Shown: positions 10,503-20,479 of the stretch, piece after piece
Layout of the letters: every line of letters starts with the position of its first letter
Position numbering within the stretch: position 1 is the first letter of the stretch
From: a virus
Taxonomy: Duplodnaviria > Caudoviricetes
IMG/VR virus record: IMGVR_UViG_3300013121_000044
Span: 1-64,000 of that record
Direction: 5' to 3' (one strand)
Length of the DNA: 64,000 nt
Made by a program: the position numbers and the translations under genes
Notes under the pieces: model-generated
Database searches by the model: none
Told to the model about the DNA's origin: nothing
The model's input: the letters and a program-made list of their open reading frames with translations, nothing else

Positions 10503-11324
10503 TTAGTAGAGGGGCTGGAGGGTGTCGGGAGATACTGGGTAGCGATAGAGGACGTGGTCGCGCGCGAGCTCCAGACACGTCAGGACTTGGTGGACCCCCG
10601 CCAGCTGAATCTCCGTCTGGAGTTGCCGGTCCACCTCGAACCGTCGCTGGTCGTGCAGGCTCACCAGCACGTCGTCCTTCTCCATCTGAGGGAAGTCGGG
10701 GAGCCACATTTGCACGCCGTTGGCGTCGGACTTCTGTTCCGGGGTGTTGGTCACCGTGGTCGCGGAGGCGCTGCGACGGGCGTAGGTGAGAACGGGGGCC
10801 CAGTACCCTCCGTCGTATCCCGTCCCCCAGCAGCTCTTGCACTCGGAGCGCACGACCTGTTTCGTCCGCTTGTCGTAACAACGATCACAGCGTGGGCCCC
10901 ATGTCTTGCGCTTGAGGAGCACGACGGGCGTGCCGTTGAACTTCAGGCTCAGCCGGAAGTCTCGGATGAGCTTTCGACGAGGCCCCGCCATGCGCGGGTT
11001 CAGGACGCTAGGGCCGGTCTCCACCACGTCTCGCAGGATCGCGCCCCCGGGGGCCGTGCACGTCACCCGGTAGTACAAACGGTCGTAGAGCGTGAGCTGA
11101 TTGGGCCGGACGTGGTCCAGCGCTTCGGAGCCTCGATCGAGCGTGTCCAGTACGGCGTACTGTGAGGCGACGGGTCCGAGCACGTGGCCCCAGGGCCCTT
11201 CGGGGCCTCCCGATCGCTCCAGGGTGAAGGTGTACTCGCCGGACTCCGTGGCGCCCAGCACCGTCCACTGGACGAACTGCCCTCTCGGGAATACCGCCGT
11301 GGTGAGGGTGATCTTGACTCTCAC
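10503..11324 (-). CDS. Putative neck/head-closure protein with Zn-finger
   Basis: CDRC...CKSCWGTGYDGGY motif. Lies between the capsid and tail genes. Confidence 0.6.
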   Translation of the reverse strand: MRVKITLTTAVFPRGQFVQWTVLGATESGEYTFTLERSGGPEGPWGHVLGPVASQYAVLDTLDRGSEALDHVRPNQLTLYDRLYYRVTCTAPGGAILRDVVETGPSVLNPRMAGPRRKLIRDFRLSLKFNGTPVVLLKRKTWGPRCDRCYDKRTKQVVRSECKSCWGTGYDGGYWAPVLTYARRSASATTVTNTPEQKSDANGVQMWLPDFPQMEKDDVLVSLHDQRRFEVDRQLQTEIQLAGVHQVLTCLELARDHVLYRYPVSPDTLQPLY

Positions 11325-11818
11325 GTTCCGCGCTCGATGGCGAGCCCCGTCGATTGTTCGAGGTTCTTGAAGGCTCGGTGGATCGCGTAGCGGTCTCCCT
11401 CTTCGCGCCCCGGTCGTTCGAGCTTACCTACGGGCGCTCGCATCGCGTCCGCCTCCACGAACTGATTGAGCTTGATCATCGCTTCGATGTCTTGCCCGCC
11501 GGGTCGCATCTTGGGTCCTAGCACGGTGGCCAAGACAGGCGCCTTTCGGTTCGGAACGCCTTTGAACTGGGCGTAGCCGATCACGGACCCGTCCCGATGT
11601 CGGAGCGGGAGGTGGTAGCTCCCTTTGGGGAGGGCGAGGGTGTCGACGGCGCGTTGCACGAGGTCGACGTAGCTCGGGTGAAGCTCCGTGCGCTCCTGCA
11701 TACGCTCGTGCGCGTGCGCGGCCATTTTGCCGAACGTGTCGGAGACTCTTCGATCGAGCTCGCGAAAAGCTCGTCCGAACTGGCCTCGGTCGCGCTCTTC
11801 GATTCCGCTCATCGTCAT
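11321..11818 (-). CDS. Hypothetical protein
   Basis: 4-bp overlaps with both neighbours. GKMAAHAHERMQER motif. Confidence 0.6.
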   Translation of the reverse strand: MTMSGIEERDRGQFGRAFRELDRRVSDTFGKMAAHAHERMQERTELHPSYVDLVQRAVDTLALPKGSYHLPLRHRDGSVIGYAQFKGVPNRKAPVLATVLGPKMRPGGQDIEAMIKLNQFVEADAMRAPVGKLERPGREEGDRYAIHRAFKNLEQSTGLAIERGT

Positions 11819-12225
11819 GCTCCCGAGGCGGCCCCGTTCGCCGCACCCGGCGTGGAGCCCGACGAGGGGTCCGGTTTGCCGAGTTTGGCTCCCGTACTCT
11901 GCGCGGCGGAGTTGGCCGCGCGCTGCGTGGCCTGGGCCTGGAGGTTGGCGAGGGGCTTGTGAACGCTGGGGCCCTGGGCGAGAGGGGGGACGCCCCGGTA
12001 ACCGCCGACCGCGCGCGGAGCCGCGCCTGCGGCGAGTGTCGGGGACTTCGGAGGGGTGGGCAGCTTCGGCATGCCGTAGGCGTTGCCGATCTTCTCCGCG
12101 CGTTCCGGGAGGTCGCGGCCCTTGGAGGCTGCGTCGAACTCGCGCACCATCGCGGCCGTGATTCCCGCGCGACGCGCGGACTCCGTGTGAAAAAAGCGGC
12201 GTTGTCGATCCGACGCGTAGGGCAT
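11815..12225 (-). CDS. Hypothetical phage protein (MPY/FxSxxQRRFF type)
   Basis: N-terminus MPYASDRQRRFFH...EFDAASKGRDLPER resembles a recurrent small phage protein. Confidence 0.65.
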   Translation of the reverse strand: MPYASDRQRRFFHTESARRAGITAAMVREFDAASKGRDLPERAEKIGNAYGMPKLPTPPKSPTLAAGAAPRAVGGYRGVPPLAQGPSVHKPLANLQAQATQRAANSAAQSTGAKLGKPDPSSGSTPGAANGAASGA

Positions 12226-12251
12226 GCCCCTAGTCTACGGGGCCGCCTCGG

Positions 12252-13172
12252 TCAGTTCTGGCGCTGGTTGAAGACGAGCTGCTGCATGCCGGTGAGCATG
12301 GGGAGCCCGATGCCGATGCAGGAGTACACGAAGAACTTGACGATGTCGGCGCGCTGCTCGACGAAGAGGGTGCAGTCCTGGAGGTACCAGAAGCGCCCGA
12401 GGTAGTTCTCCGGACAGAAGAGCCACGCCTCGTCCGGCAGGTAGATGTCGCTCTTGAGGGTCGTGACCAGAGGGACGCCCCAGAGCGCGTCCTCCTTGTC
12501 GATGCCCTCGCGGTAGTGAGCCGCCGCGATCGAGTCGCCGATGACCGTCGCGGGGAGGTCGATCATGTCGGTCTGGCGCGACTTCGACATGAGCCCCTTG
12601 CCCACGGGCTTCCTGCGGTCGTAGAGGGCGCGGCACGCCTGGGCCCAGCCCGTGGCCGTGAGGCGCGGGAGCTCCGTGCGCTGGACGCTGGGGTTGCGGT
12701 TGATCGCCATCAGGCACGTGCGCCGGAAGTACACGTCCTCCTGGTCGGCGATGTCCTTGACCGAGTTGTCGGCCAGGAGCTTCCGCACGTCGGTCCGGTA
12801 CGTCATCAGCTCGAACTTGTTCTTGATGAACTCGTCCGATTGGATCTTCCCGAAGAAGACCGGGACGCGGCGCAGGTTGTAGAAGCGGGCCTTGGGCGTG
12901 CCGTAGAACTGGACGTACGTGGCCACCGACTGAGGCTCGATGTCCAGGAACTTCATCGGCTGGTCCGAGTCGGGCCAGACATCCAGCTCGTCGGCCGTGA
13001 CGCGCTTCGGCGGGAGGATTTCGCGGCACGCCGCCTCCTGGCGGACGATCTCGCGGATGAGGGCGGTCCCAGCGTCCGCAGCCTCCTTGGTGTGGCCTTG
13101 ATCGAGCAAGTCCACGAAGTTCTCGTTCAGCACCTGGGCGCTGACCTGGGTCGTCTCCATCTCGTACGACAT
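12252..13172 (-). CDS. Major capsid protein (HK97-like fold)
   Basis: 306 aa with strongly biased codons and an AAGGAG RBS. IREIVRQEAACREILPP...KDIADQED pattern. Follows the protease, scaffold-like and decoration genes. Confidence 0.8.
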   Translation of the reverse strand: MSYEMETTQVSAQVLNENFVDLLDQGHTKEAADAGTALIREIVRQEAACREILPPKRVTADELDVWPDSDQPMKFLDIEPQSVATYVQFYGTPKARFYNLRRVPVFFGKIQSDEFIKNKFELMTYRTDVRKLLADNSVKDIADQEDVYFRRTCLMAINRNPSVQRTELPRLTATGWAQACRALYDRRKPVGKGLMSKSRQTDMIDLPATVIGDSIAAAHYREGIDKEDALWGVPLVTTLKSDIYLPDEAWLFCPENYLGRFWYLQDCTLFVEQRADIVKFFVYSCIGIGLPMLTGMQQLVFNQRQN

Positions 13173-13221
13173 CGTCTTGTGACTCCTTCAAACCTCTCGT
13201 TGGGTTCGTTGTTCTCGGGGA

Positions 13222-13746
13222 TCAGCCCCAGCAGCACGCCTCGAAGATCACGTCGAGGCGCCCGTCGCGGAGACCGTCCGGACCGACCCAGCCCACGATC
13301 TGCTTGCCGTCACCGAGGACCTTGATCTCGAAGTTGCCGGCGTTGGCGATGAGGGGGTCGTTGGCCGCGAAGGTGAGCCCGTTGACCGCCGTGGTGTAGA
13401 AACGTGCGAGGCCCCGCAGCGCGGTGAGGCGTCCGACCTGACGGCCCGTCAGGTCCACGTCGCCTTCGTGCACGAAGAAGAGGGGCTTGGGCAGCACGGC
13501 TCCGACTCCCGAGAGCACGGGCGAAGTCCCCGGCACCCAGGTGTTGTCGCTCGCCAGCATCACGATCGTGCCCGGGACGATCGTCCCCGGCTGGATGAGG
13601 CCCATGGTGTCGGGCGTGCCCGGCCCCGTGCCCTGGGCGTAGGCGTTGGCGATCTCCTGGGCGAGGATTTCGCTGAGGCCGAGGCAGGCGTAGAATGCCT
13701 CCTTGGGGCTCTCGGTTGCCGGGGCGTATCGGTCCTGAAAACGCAT
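13222..13746 (-). CDS. Putative head decoration protein
   Basis: Immediately upstream of the capsid gene, AGGAG RBS, small and beta-rich. Confidence 0.55.
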   Translation of the reverse strand: MRFQDRYAPATESPKEAFYACLGLSEILAQEIANAYAQGTGPGTPDTMGLIQPGTIVPGTIVMLASDNTWVPGTSPVLSGVGAVLPKPLFFVHEGDVDLTGRQVGRLTALRGLARFYTTAVNGLTFAANDPLIANAGNFEIKVLGDGKQIVGWVGPDGLRDGRLDVIFEACCWG

Positions 13747-13782
13747 CTCGTGGTCTCCTGTGGCGGAAGCGTAGTGGGTGTG

Positions 13783-14115
13783 TCAGCCTTGGGCGCGGCG
13801 CAGGATGCGTGCCGCGAACTCATCTTCAGCAGCCTTGCGCCGTTCCGCCTTCGTGAGGGGCGTCGCCGACGCTTCTTTCTCGGCGGGCTCGCCGAGCGGA
13901 CGCGGGGGGTCGGGCGCTTCGATGATCGGCGCGAGCACTCGGCGCAGCGCGTCGTCGTCCGCGAGCTTCGCGCGCACCTCGTCGGGGAGCGGTGCCCCGA
14001 CGCGCGCTTCCAGACGCGCCAGGAGGGGGTCCGGTGCTCCCGAGGAGACTGGCTTCGCATCGGCCTCGTCTGCCATCGCGTCGAGGAGGTTCGCCACCTT
14101 GGTGAGGATCGTCAT
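13783..14115 (-). CDS. Small scaffold-like head protein (KxA motifs)
   Basis: Helical and charged; TKVAN, EKEAS, RKAAE. Confidence 0.6.
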   Translation of the reverse strand: MTILTKVANLLDAMADEADAKPVSSGAPDPLLARLEARVGAPLPDEVRAKLADDDALRRVLAPIIEAPDPPRPLGEPAEKEASATPLTKAERRKAAEDEFAARILRRAQG

Positions 14116-14492
14116 GTCGTGCTCCCGAGTCGTTCACGCAGAAGCGTAAGAGCCCGCGTGGCGGCGAGGATGTCGTTCGCGCGTGCCACCTTCGTGAGGG
14201 CCTCGGCCCGGTCCAGGAGGCGGAGGTCATGCGCGAGCTTCCGAAGAGGGTCACCGGCTCCCTTGCTGTCCGGGGCCGAAGGAGAATCGGGCACGGCGAA
14301 GGTGCCCGACTGTACGGCGTACAGCTCCTCGTAGGTGAGGTCTTGTGCGGACTCCCCGAGCTTCCGGATGTCCTCCGCCAGCTTCCTCATCTCCATGGAC
14401 GCCGTCTTGACGCCTCCATCGCCGGACATGGGAGGCCGTTGCGCGACGCGGGCCTCAATCTCGTGGAGCGTATCGACGAAGGTGTATCTCAT
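14112..14492 (-). CDS. Small head-associated protein (KxA motifs)
   Basis: ATG at 14492 overlaps the upstream stop; VKTAS, RKLAE, RKLAH, TKVAR. Confidence 0.65.
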   Translation of the reverse strand: MRYTFVDTLHEIEARVAQRPPMSGDGGVKTASMEMRKLAEDIRKLGESAQDLTYEELYAVQSGTFAVPDSPSAPDSKGAGDPLRKLAHDLRLLDRAEALTKVARANDILAATRALTLLRERLGSTT

Positions 14493-14680
14493 GGTTCGGC
14501 GAAGTGACGGAGGAGGTCGGGGTGGAAGGCGGACGCCTCGGCGGCGGTCTTGCACGAGCGGAGGTTCGCCTCGGCCTCGCGGAAGAGCGCCTGGACGGCG
14601 GGCTCCGTGGCTTGAAAGGCGCTCTTGCGGAGCTCGGCATGCTCCGCGATCAGGGCCTGCGCTCGCGCCGTCTTGATCAC
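14489..14680 (-). CDS. Small head-associated protein (KxA motifs)
   Basis: 4-bp overlaps on both sides. All 3 Lys lie in KxA. Confidence 0.65.
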   Translation of the reverse strand: MIKTARAQALIAEHAELRKSAFQATEPAVQALFREAEANLRSCKTAAEASAFHPDLLRHFAEP

Positions 14681-15117
14681 GTGAGGAGCGCCTGCGCCAT
14701 CTCGTAGCCGCCGAGGTAGTGCGCCGAGGCGACCTTGTGGATCTGCGTCTCGACACGTTCGGCCGTGGCGTCGTACGCCTGCGCGGCCTCCTTGTTCGTG
14801 ACCGCGACCTGTTCCGCAGCCACCTTCTCGTAGAGGGCGAGCTGGGCCATGAAGCCGTCGCAGATGGCGGCGCCGTACGCGTGCGCCTCCTTGAGGGTCC
14901 CCTGGTGGTCCCGCTGGGCGACCTCGGCGGCGAGCTTCTCCACGTCGGCCATGGGGGACGGCCCCGACAGGGAGGCGGTCTTGGCGCGCGCCTCGGTCGC
15001 GGCGGCCTGCACCGCGTCTTGGACCGCGCTACGCGAAGGGGCCTTGGGGGGCGGGGCGGTGGGGGCGCCGGCTTCGGCGGCCGTCTTGGGGGTCGTGAAG
15101 ATGCCTTGGAGGTTCAT
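14677..15117 (-). CDS. Head-associated/scaffold-like protein (KxA motifs)
   Basis: ATG at 15117 after AGGAG. 7 of 8 Lys lie in KxA. Confidence 0.7.
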   Translation of the reverse strand: MNLQGIFTTPKTAAEAGAPTAPPPKAPSRSAVQDAVQAAATEARAKTASLSGPSPMADVEKLAAEVAQRDHQGTLKEAHAYGAAICDGFMAQLALYEKVAAEQVAVTNKEAAQAYDATAERVETQIHKVASAHYLGGYEMAQALLT

Positions 15118-15131
15118 GGTGCTCCTGAATG

Positions 15132-16898
15132 CTAGGTGGTCAGCAGGATGTGGAGGTTCTCGGAGAGCACGTCGAGGTCGACGGCGGCGTCCGCGTTCGA
15201 TGTCCGGTCCGCGCGCCCCACAAGGGTATCCGCCTGTGCGTTGAGGGGGAGGGCGGCCCACTTGAGGAACCGGTCCCCGCCAGTACGCCGTACGCGAGCG
15301 AGGGCCTCGTCAATCTGGGCGTCGCGCGCGAGTTTTTCGGCCCAGGACGCAGGCGTGAGGGCCGCCGCCTTGAACTCGGTACCCCCGGAGACGGGCACTC
15401 CCTGGTCCGTCATGTACGAGGGGTTTCGGTACGGTGTGAACGCCTTCCGTGCGGCCCGTTCGGTCGCGGTCCCGAGGCCCGCCGCCAGCGGTAGGGCGAG
15501 GGCGGTGTGGAGCGCTTTCCCCCCGAGGACGTGGTGGAGCCCCGCCGCGTAGAGGCCCGTGAAGAGGGCCGTGTTGAGGAGGCGCTTCTTCACGTCCGAC
15601 CGGGAAGCGTCCATCGCGGCGCCTCGGGTCGTTTGATACGTGTGCCCCGTGTAAGGGTCCGTGATCGTCAGGAGGTCCGAGCGCGGGGGTTCGGCCGACC
15701 GGTAGTGCGCGCCGGGTCCGGGCGGGGACGCTTCATCGGACCAGGGCGCGAACGCGCGATCGCGGAGCACGTCCCCGACCGGGCCGTACGAAGCGGTCTT
15801 GAACGTCTGGGGGTACCTGCCGAGCACGGCCACGAGGGCGGGGGTCGCGACGACTAGCCGGTCGAGGGTGTTCTGACTCAGGGCGAGGTGATAGGCGTCT
15901 GCGGCCAGCTTCGCCACTTCCGCTTGACCGAGGAGTCGCGGGTGCGCCACCGCCGCAAGGGGGGTCGCAGGGGCTGCGGCGGTCTTGGGGATCCCAAGCG
16001 CGCGCACGTAGCCGCCGATCAGGGAGTCGGGCTCGGTCCACGCAGTGCGGATTTCGAGGGCCGCGCGCTCGAATCGGTCACGCAGGCGCTCGTGTTGTTC
16101 GAGGCGATCTCCGAGGGCGGCGCTCAGGCGCGTACGTTCGTACGCCACCTTCTGCATCATCCAACCTGTGGGGTCCGCCGGACGGAAGACGAACGAAATG
16201 TCGAAGAAACGGGGAGACGGGTTGAGGACGCAGACCTTCCGCCCGTCGGGGAGGACGGCCCGCATTTGCGTGAGGGCGTGGCGACAATACTGCGCGCGCG
16301 TGGGTGCGCGGTGTCCGCAGATGGTGCACACGTCCCAGCGGACGTGACAGCCCATGGACACGGCCGGGAAGTCTCCGTCACCGATCCGCTGCGGGATTTC
16401 GGGATCCCGTGCGTTGACGTAGCGGAGAAGCAGCTCCACCCGGTGCATTCGGGTGTTCCGAAACGCGTGAGGTACGGTGCCGAGCGACTTCGACGGGTCC
16501 TTGTTGACGTGGTGGCGATAGATGCCGCCGTGTTGCTCAAACGTCTTGTAGTGGTGGGGGAGAGTTTCAGCCTCCGCAACCCACCCCTCCAGGGACGCTG
16601 TGCACTCCGGGTGGCCGCACGTGGCGCGCCGCCCGACCATGTACGGGAGCGCGTTGAACCCGTCCCCGTTTTTGTTGTCGTCGTAGTACTCCCACTCTCC
16701 GAGCGCGTTGACGAGGACGTAGGTGATCCCCTCTTCCGGCTGGACGGTGGTCAGGAAGTCGTATGCGGGAGACTGGCTTTCGGCGAACGCACGTTTCTCG
16801 ATCGACAGACCGCCTCCGTGGTTTCGCCACGCCACGAGCTGGACCGTGGGTTCGCCGGTCTTGGGGAAGCGGTCTTCGAGTTCGAGGAGCTTGCGCAC
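15132..16898 (-). CDS. Prohead (capsid maturation) protease with long C-terminal extension
   Basis: NKNGDGF, HHVNKDP, VSMGC (putative catalytic Ser), CTICGH...YCRH and FFDISFV..PAD. Confidence 0.8.
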   Translation of the reverse strand: MRKLLELEDRFPKTGEPTVQLVAWRNHGGGLSIEKRAFAESQSPAYDFLTTVQPEEGITYVLVNALGEWEYYDDNKNGDGFNALPYMVGRRATCGHPECTASLEGWVAEAETLPHHYKTFEQHGGIYRHHVNKDPSKSLGTVPHAFRNTRMHRVELLLRYVNARDPEIPQRIGDGDFPAVSMGCHVRWDVCTICGHRAPTRAQYCRHALTQMRAVLPDGRKVCVLNPSPRFFDISFVFRPADPTGWMMQKVAYERTRLSAALGDRLEQHERLRDRFERAALEIRTAWTEPDSLIGGYVRALGIPKTAAAPATPLAAVAHPRLLGQAEVAKLAADAYHLALSQNTLDRLVVATPALVAVLGRYPQTFKTASYGPVGDVLRDRAFAPWSDEASPPGPGAHYRSAEPPRSDLLTITDPYTGHTYQTTRGAAMDASRSDVKKRLLNTALFTGLYAAGLHHVLGGKALHTALALPLAAGLGTATERAARKAFTPYRNPSYMTDQGVPVSGGTEFKAAALTPASWAEKLARDAQIDEALARVRRTGGDRFLKWAALPLNAQADTLVGRADRTSNADAAVDLDVLSENLHILLTT

Positions 16899-16901
16899 GG
16901 G

Positions 16902-17987
16902 TCAGTTGCCGTGTTCGTGCAGCGTCTTGGCGTGCTGCATGATCTTCTTGAGGACGGGCGTCCCGTCCCCCGCCATGGCGTTGATTACGTCCGCGTGGAG
17001 CGACATCGGGTTATCGGTCGCGTGCGCGATGAGCTTGGACTCGTCGCGCGTCAGATGGTGGAGCATGTGCAACGCCCACGCCTTTTCGTCGGGGGTGCCC
17101 CGGTCGAGATGCGCGTGCGTGGCCGCGACCAAGCTGTTCACGAACTTCCCCGCCTTCTGCTTCTTCTCAGACAGGGCTTGCGCCATCTGTGCCGCGCGCT
17201 CGGCGGCGATCTGCTTGGCCGCGTTCTCGACGATCGCGGGTTGATCCTTCGATGGTACGCGGGCCTTGGGGGACTGCGGGTTCGCGAGGAAGGCCGTCGC
17301 CGACTGAGCGGCGGGCGCGTATTCGGGGTCCCTCCCGGCGAGCTCCGTGAGCGTGTTCGCGTGGTCCCTGTCTCGGTTGAGGGCCCACTCCTTGTTTTGC
17401 ATGAAACGGACGTTGAAGTCGTCGGTTGCGTGCATGTCGTCGACGAGCTTCCGGGCTTGCTCCTCCCCCGCGAGCTGCCGGGCCTTCGACCACGTCCCGT
17501 AGCCGTGACCCACCACACTGCCGATCGCCGCACCCGGCAGCGCGTAGGTGAGAGCGCCGCGAAGGCGGTTGTCGTCGTCCTTCCAGGCCCCGACGCCACC
17601 TCCGATCGCTGTCCCGATGAGGGCGCCGCGCGCGGTGGGGGATCGCAGCGCATCCCCGAACGCGGAGGAAGTCTTGAGGAGCCCTCGGAGGTCCCGGATC
17701 GCGGCCTCTGCGTTCACGTCGAGGAGGAACTCCCGCTCCTCCGCCGTGTAGCGGCCCTCGGCGGCGAGTTTCTCGATGGCGGCGTCGACGAGGGCGGCTC
17801 CCGCGACGCTCGCGGCGAGAGCCTCGCGCAGAGGGCGCGCCGGGCCCCCACGAGACCCCGCCTCGTGTGAGGCCCACTTTTCGATTGCGGCGAGCGCGTA
17901 GGCGTCCGAGGGCGCCTCGCCCGAGGTGAGAGCCTGTTCTTTGAACCGGACCCACGCCTCCCGTACGGCGTACGGAGGGGTCGTCAC
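16902..17987 (-). CDS. Probable internal virion protein with glycine-zipper segments
   Basis: GTG at 17987 overlaps the upstream stop. GALIGTAIGGGVGA...GAAIGSVVG; EKWAS, EKLAA. Confidence 0.65.
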   Translation of the reverse strand: MTTPPYAVREAWVRFKEQALTSGEAPSDAYALAAIEKWASHEAGSRGGPARPLREALAASVAGAALVDAAIEKLAAEGRYTAEEREFLLDVNAEAAIRDLRGLLKTSSAFGDALRSPTARGALIGTAIGGGVGAWKDDDNRLRGALTYALPGAAIGSVVGHGYGTWSKARQLAGEEQARKLVDDMHATDDFNVRFMQNKEWALNRDRDHANTLTELAGRDPEYAPAAQSATAFLANPQSPKARVPSKDQPAIVENAAKQIAAERAAQMAQALSEKKQKAGKFVNSLVAATHAHLDRGTPDEKAWALHMLHHLTRDESKLIAHATDNPMSLHADVINAMAGDGTPVLKKIMQHAKTLHEHGN

Positions 17988-18223
17988 AGTCCCCTCCGCA
18001 GGCGCTGGAGCGCGTCGAGACCCTCGCGGATGCGCAGGTTCGTTGCGCGGTCGGCCGCCACCTTCATGGCGATCGCCTCGACGGCGGACGGGAGGGTCGG
18101 CTCCTTGGGGGGCGCGAGACCTTGCGCGGTCTTCACGCCGTGCGCCAGCTTCCACCAGCCGTGCGTTCGGAGGGCCTCGCGGAGGCTTGCGGAGACGGGG
18201 ACGTTTGCGTGGGTGTGCGGCAT
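17984..18223 (-). CDS. Small hypothetical virion protein (KxA motifs)
   Basis: ATG at 18223; WKLAH, VKTAQ, MKVAA. Confidence 0.6.
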   Translation of the reverse strand: MPHTHANVPVSASLREALRTHGWWKLAHGVKTAQGLAPPKEPTLPSAVEAIAMKVAADRATNLRIREGLDALQRLRRGL

Positions 18224-18224
18224 G

Positions 18225-19670
18225 TCAGGTACCTCGTCCTCGCGCGTTCTGGACGAACTTCTCGGTCTCGGCGAGAAGACGGATGGTCGCGAAGTCCATG
18301 TTCCCGCCCGCCATCGTCGACTGCCGGAGGAAGCTCCGCACCACGGCCGGACTCGTGGACATCGAAGGGCCGAACTTCCGCATGGCCTTGAAGGTCTCCT
18401 CCAAGCCTGCGGGGTTCTGCGCGTAGGCGTCGCGCAGCATGGGATCCTCTTGCACGACACCGTGGAAGGTGGCGTGAGCCTTCGGGTCATCGACGATCTT
18501 CTTCTTGAGGAAGCGATGCGCGTTGTCGATCGGCTCCGTGACGAGCTTTTGAGCGAGCGCGTTTCCAAAAGCTCCGGCCATGGAGCTATGGGCCGTGTTG
18601 AACGTGTCGATCTTGTCGGCGGCCTTGAGCGCCGCGACCTTTTCCTTCGCGAACGCGTCGTAGCTCGCCATCACGGTCATGGAGGGGACGGGCTGTGCCA
18701 TCTGGTGCTGGGCGTTGGCGAGGTAGTCCTGCATCCGAGCGGCTTGCTCGTCTGCCGTCTGCCCACCCCCACCGAGCATCCGGTACCCGGCGTAGAGCCC
18801 TCCTGCTGCCAACCCGGCTTGAGCGCCGCGCCGTCCCCACGTGCGGGCAGTATTGGCAGCGCCTTGGAGAGCAGCGCGATTTTCCGGCGAGACGGACTGC
18901 CAGTTGGCCTGTGCACGCGCGGTGGCGTCGGCTCGCCCGGCGCGCGCTGCGTCCATGCCCTTGTTGATCCAGTTGCCCCAGCTCGTCGTGGGCTGCGCGT
19001 CGGGCGCCTGCGGGGGCGCCTGCGGGGGCGCCTGCGGGGCCGCCTGCGGGGCCGCCTGCGGGGCCGCCTGCGGGGCCGCCTGCGGGGCCGCCTGCGGAGG
19101 GGCTTGCGCAGGGGCTTGCGCAGGGACCTGCTGGGGAGCCTGTGCCGTGGCTTGCGCGGACGCAGCGTTGCCGTACACCGGGTCGACTTGCACCGATGCC
19201 TGTCCACGCGCTCCGGGTGTTGCCGAGGACACCGGGCCCTGGGGGGCTCTTTCCTGGTGGCCCGCGCCCGCGTCGAAGAGACGCTGATACGGTTCCTGCT
19301 TGAGAGCCTTCCCTACGGTGTACGTCGAAGGGTCGACGTACATCGTGTCCGGTGCGTTTCGAGGAACGTTGGGCATGCCCGGGGCTTCTCGTTTCGGCGC
19401 GGGAGGAGGCCCGATCGCGACGTTCTTCTGCGTGGGGAGCATGGGAAGCATGGGCGCCTGACCCTGAGGCGCTCCACTGGCGGCAGGCCGCGCGGGGACC
19501 TGGGGAAGTTGCGGGAGTTGGGGACGTTGCGCCGGAGCCGGACGCGCCTGCTGCTGCGAGCTTCGAGGCAGCGGTGGCGGATGCGCCCGCGCGGATCCCG
19601 GGAGGTGCGGGATGCGGACGGGCGCGTTCGCGAGCTTCGCGTTCATCATGAGGTACAGGTCAGCGGGCAC
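18225..19670 (-). CDS. Probable internal virion protein, Pro/Gln/Ala-rich
   Basis: GTG at 19670 after GAGGAGG. PQAA repeats, one hydrophobic segment and a globular C-terminal domain. Confidence 0.65.
   Translation of the reverse strand: MPADLYLMMNAKLANAPVRIPHLPGSARAHPPPLPRSSQQQARPAPAQRPQLPQLPQVPARPAASGAPQGQAPMLPMLPTQKNVAIGPPPAPKREAPGMPNVPRNAPDTMYVDPSTYTVGKALKQEPYQRLFDAGAGHQERAPQGPVSSATPGARGQASVQVDPVYGNAASAQATAQAPQQVPAQAPAQAPPQAAPQAAPQAAPQAAPQAAPQAPPQAPPQAPDAQPTTSWGNWINKGMDAARAGRADATARAQANWQSVSPENRAALQGAANTARTWGRRGAQAGLAAGGLYAGYRMLGGGGQTADEQAARMQDYLANAQHQMAQPVPSMTVMASYDAFAKEKVAALKAADKIDTFNTAHSSMAGAFGNALAQKLVTEPIDNAHRFLKKKIVDDPKAHATFHGVVQEDPMLRDAYAQNPAGLEETFKAMRKFGPSMSTSPAVVRSFLRQSTMAGGNMDFATIRLLAETEKFVQNARGRGT
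19006..19125. repeat. 12-bp coding tandem repeat (about 10 units, encodes PQAA/PQAP)
   Basis: GCCTGCGGGG[GC]C units, degenerating to GCTTGCGCAGGG. Confidence 0.9.
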
Positions 19671-20463
19671 GGAGGGCCTCCTCGCGAGCTCGCGGCAGAG
19701 CACGCTCGACTTCGGACAACGTGGCGAGCACTTTGGCGTACTCCTGACGGGCGTCGCGCGCCTGTTTGAGGAGGCGCGTCGCGCGCGTCGGGACGCCAAC
19801 GAGGAATTCGCGCGCTTCGGCGAGCTTCTCCTGGGACACGGCGAGCGGCGCGAGCCGCAGGAGTTCCCGCACGCCGTTGAGCTCCGGGAGGAGATCCTCG
19901 TCGAGCACCGCAATCGCGTTCTTCTCGAACGCCACGTGGTCGTGACCATCCGCCCGGCAGTCTTCCGCCAGGGCGCGTAGATTGGACTGCCACCGCACGT
20001 CGAGCTGCCGGAGGTTCAGGGGGAGTTCCTGCGACAGCTTCTGGAGGTGACTCCAGCGCGTCACCGCCGGAGGTGTCTTCGGCAGATAGGGGTCGATCGT
20101 CTCGGCGGCGGTCTTGGTGCGAACCCACGCGCGCGGATTCGGCAGATCGGGATAGCTCGCTTGCTTGATCGCGGGGGCGGGAGCGGCGGTCGCCTGGAGG
20201 CGCGTGATGACTACCTCCGGATCGACGGGATCAAAATCGACGCGACGGTCCGCTTCCCCTCGCTTGGCGGCGTACTTGTGGCCGAAGACGGCGGTGTTGG
20301 TGTCGCGCCCGAGCCGCCGGATCTGTTCCGGGTTCAGCCCGTGGTCACGTGCCACCTTTTCCACCAGGGTCGTCAGATCGTTGCCCCCGAGGGCTCCCTG
20401 GGCGGCACAAAACGCATCGGCTACCGACTTCGCCTGACGCGCATATTCATCCGGGCTCCACAT
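19660..20463 (-). CDS. Hypothetical virion protein (KxA motifs)
   Basis: ATG at 20463; EKVARDHGLNPEQIRRL; IKQAS, TKTAA, EKLAE. Confidence 0.7.
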   Translation of the reverse strand: MWSPDEYARQAKSVADAFCAAQGALGGNDLTTLVEKVARDHGLNPEQIRRLGRDTNTAVFGHKYAAKRGEADRRVDFDPVDPEVVITRLQATAAPAPAIKQASYPDLPNPRAWVRTKTAAETIDPYLPKTPPAVTRWSHLQKLSQELPLNLRQLDVRWQSNLRALAEDCRADGHDHVAFEKNAIAVLDEDLLPELNGVRELLRLAPLAVSQEKLAEAREFLVGVPTRATRLLKQARDARQEYAKVLATLSEVERALPRAREEALRAR

Positions 20464-20479
20464 CGACGGAAGGATAGGG

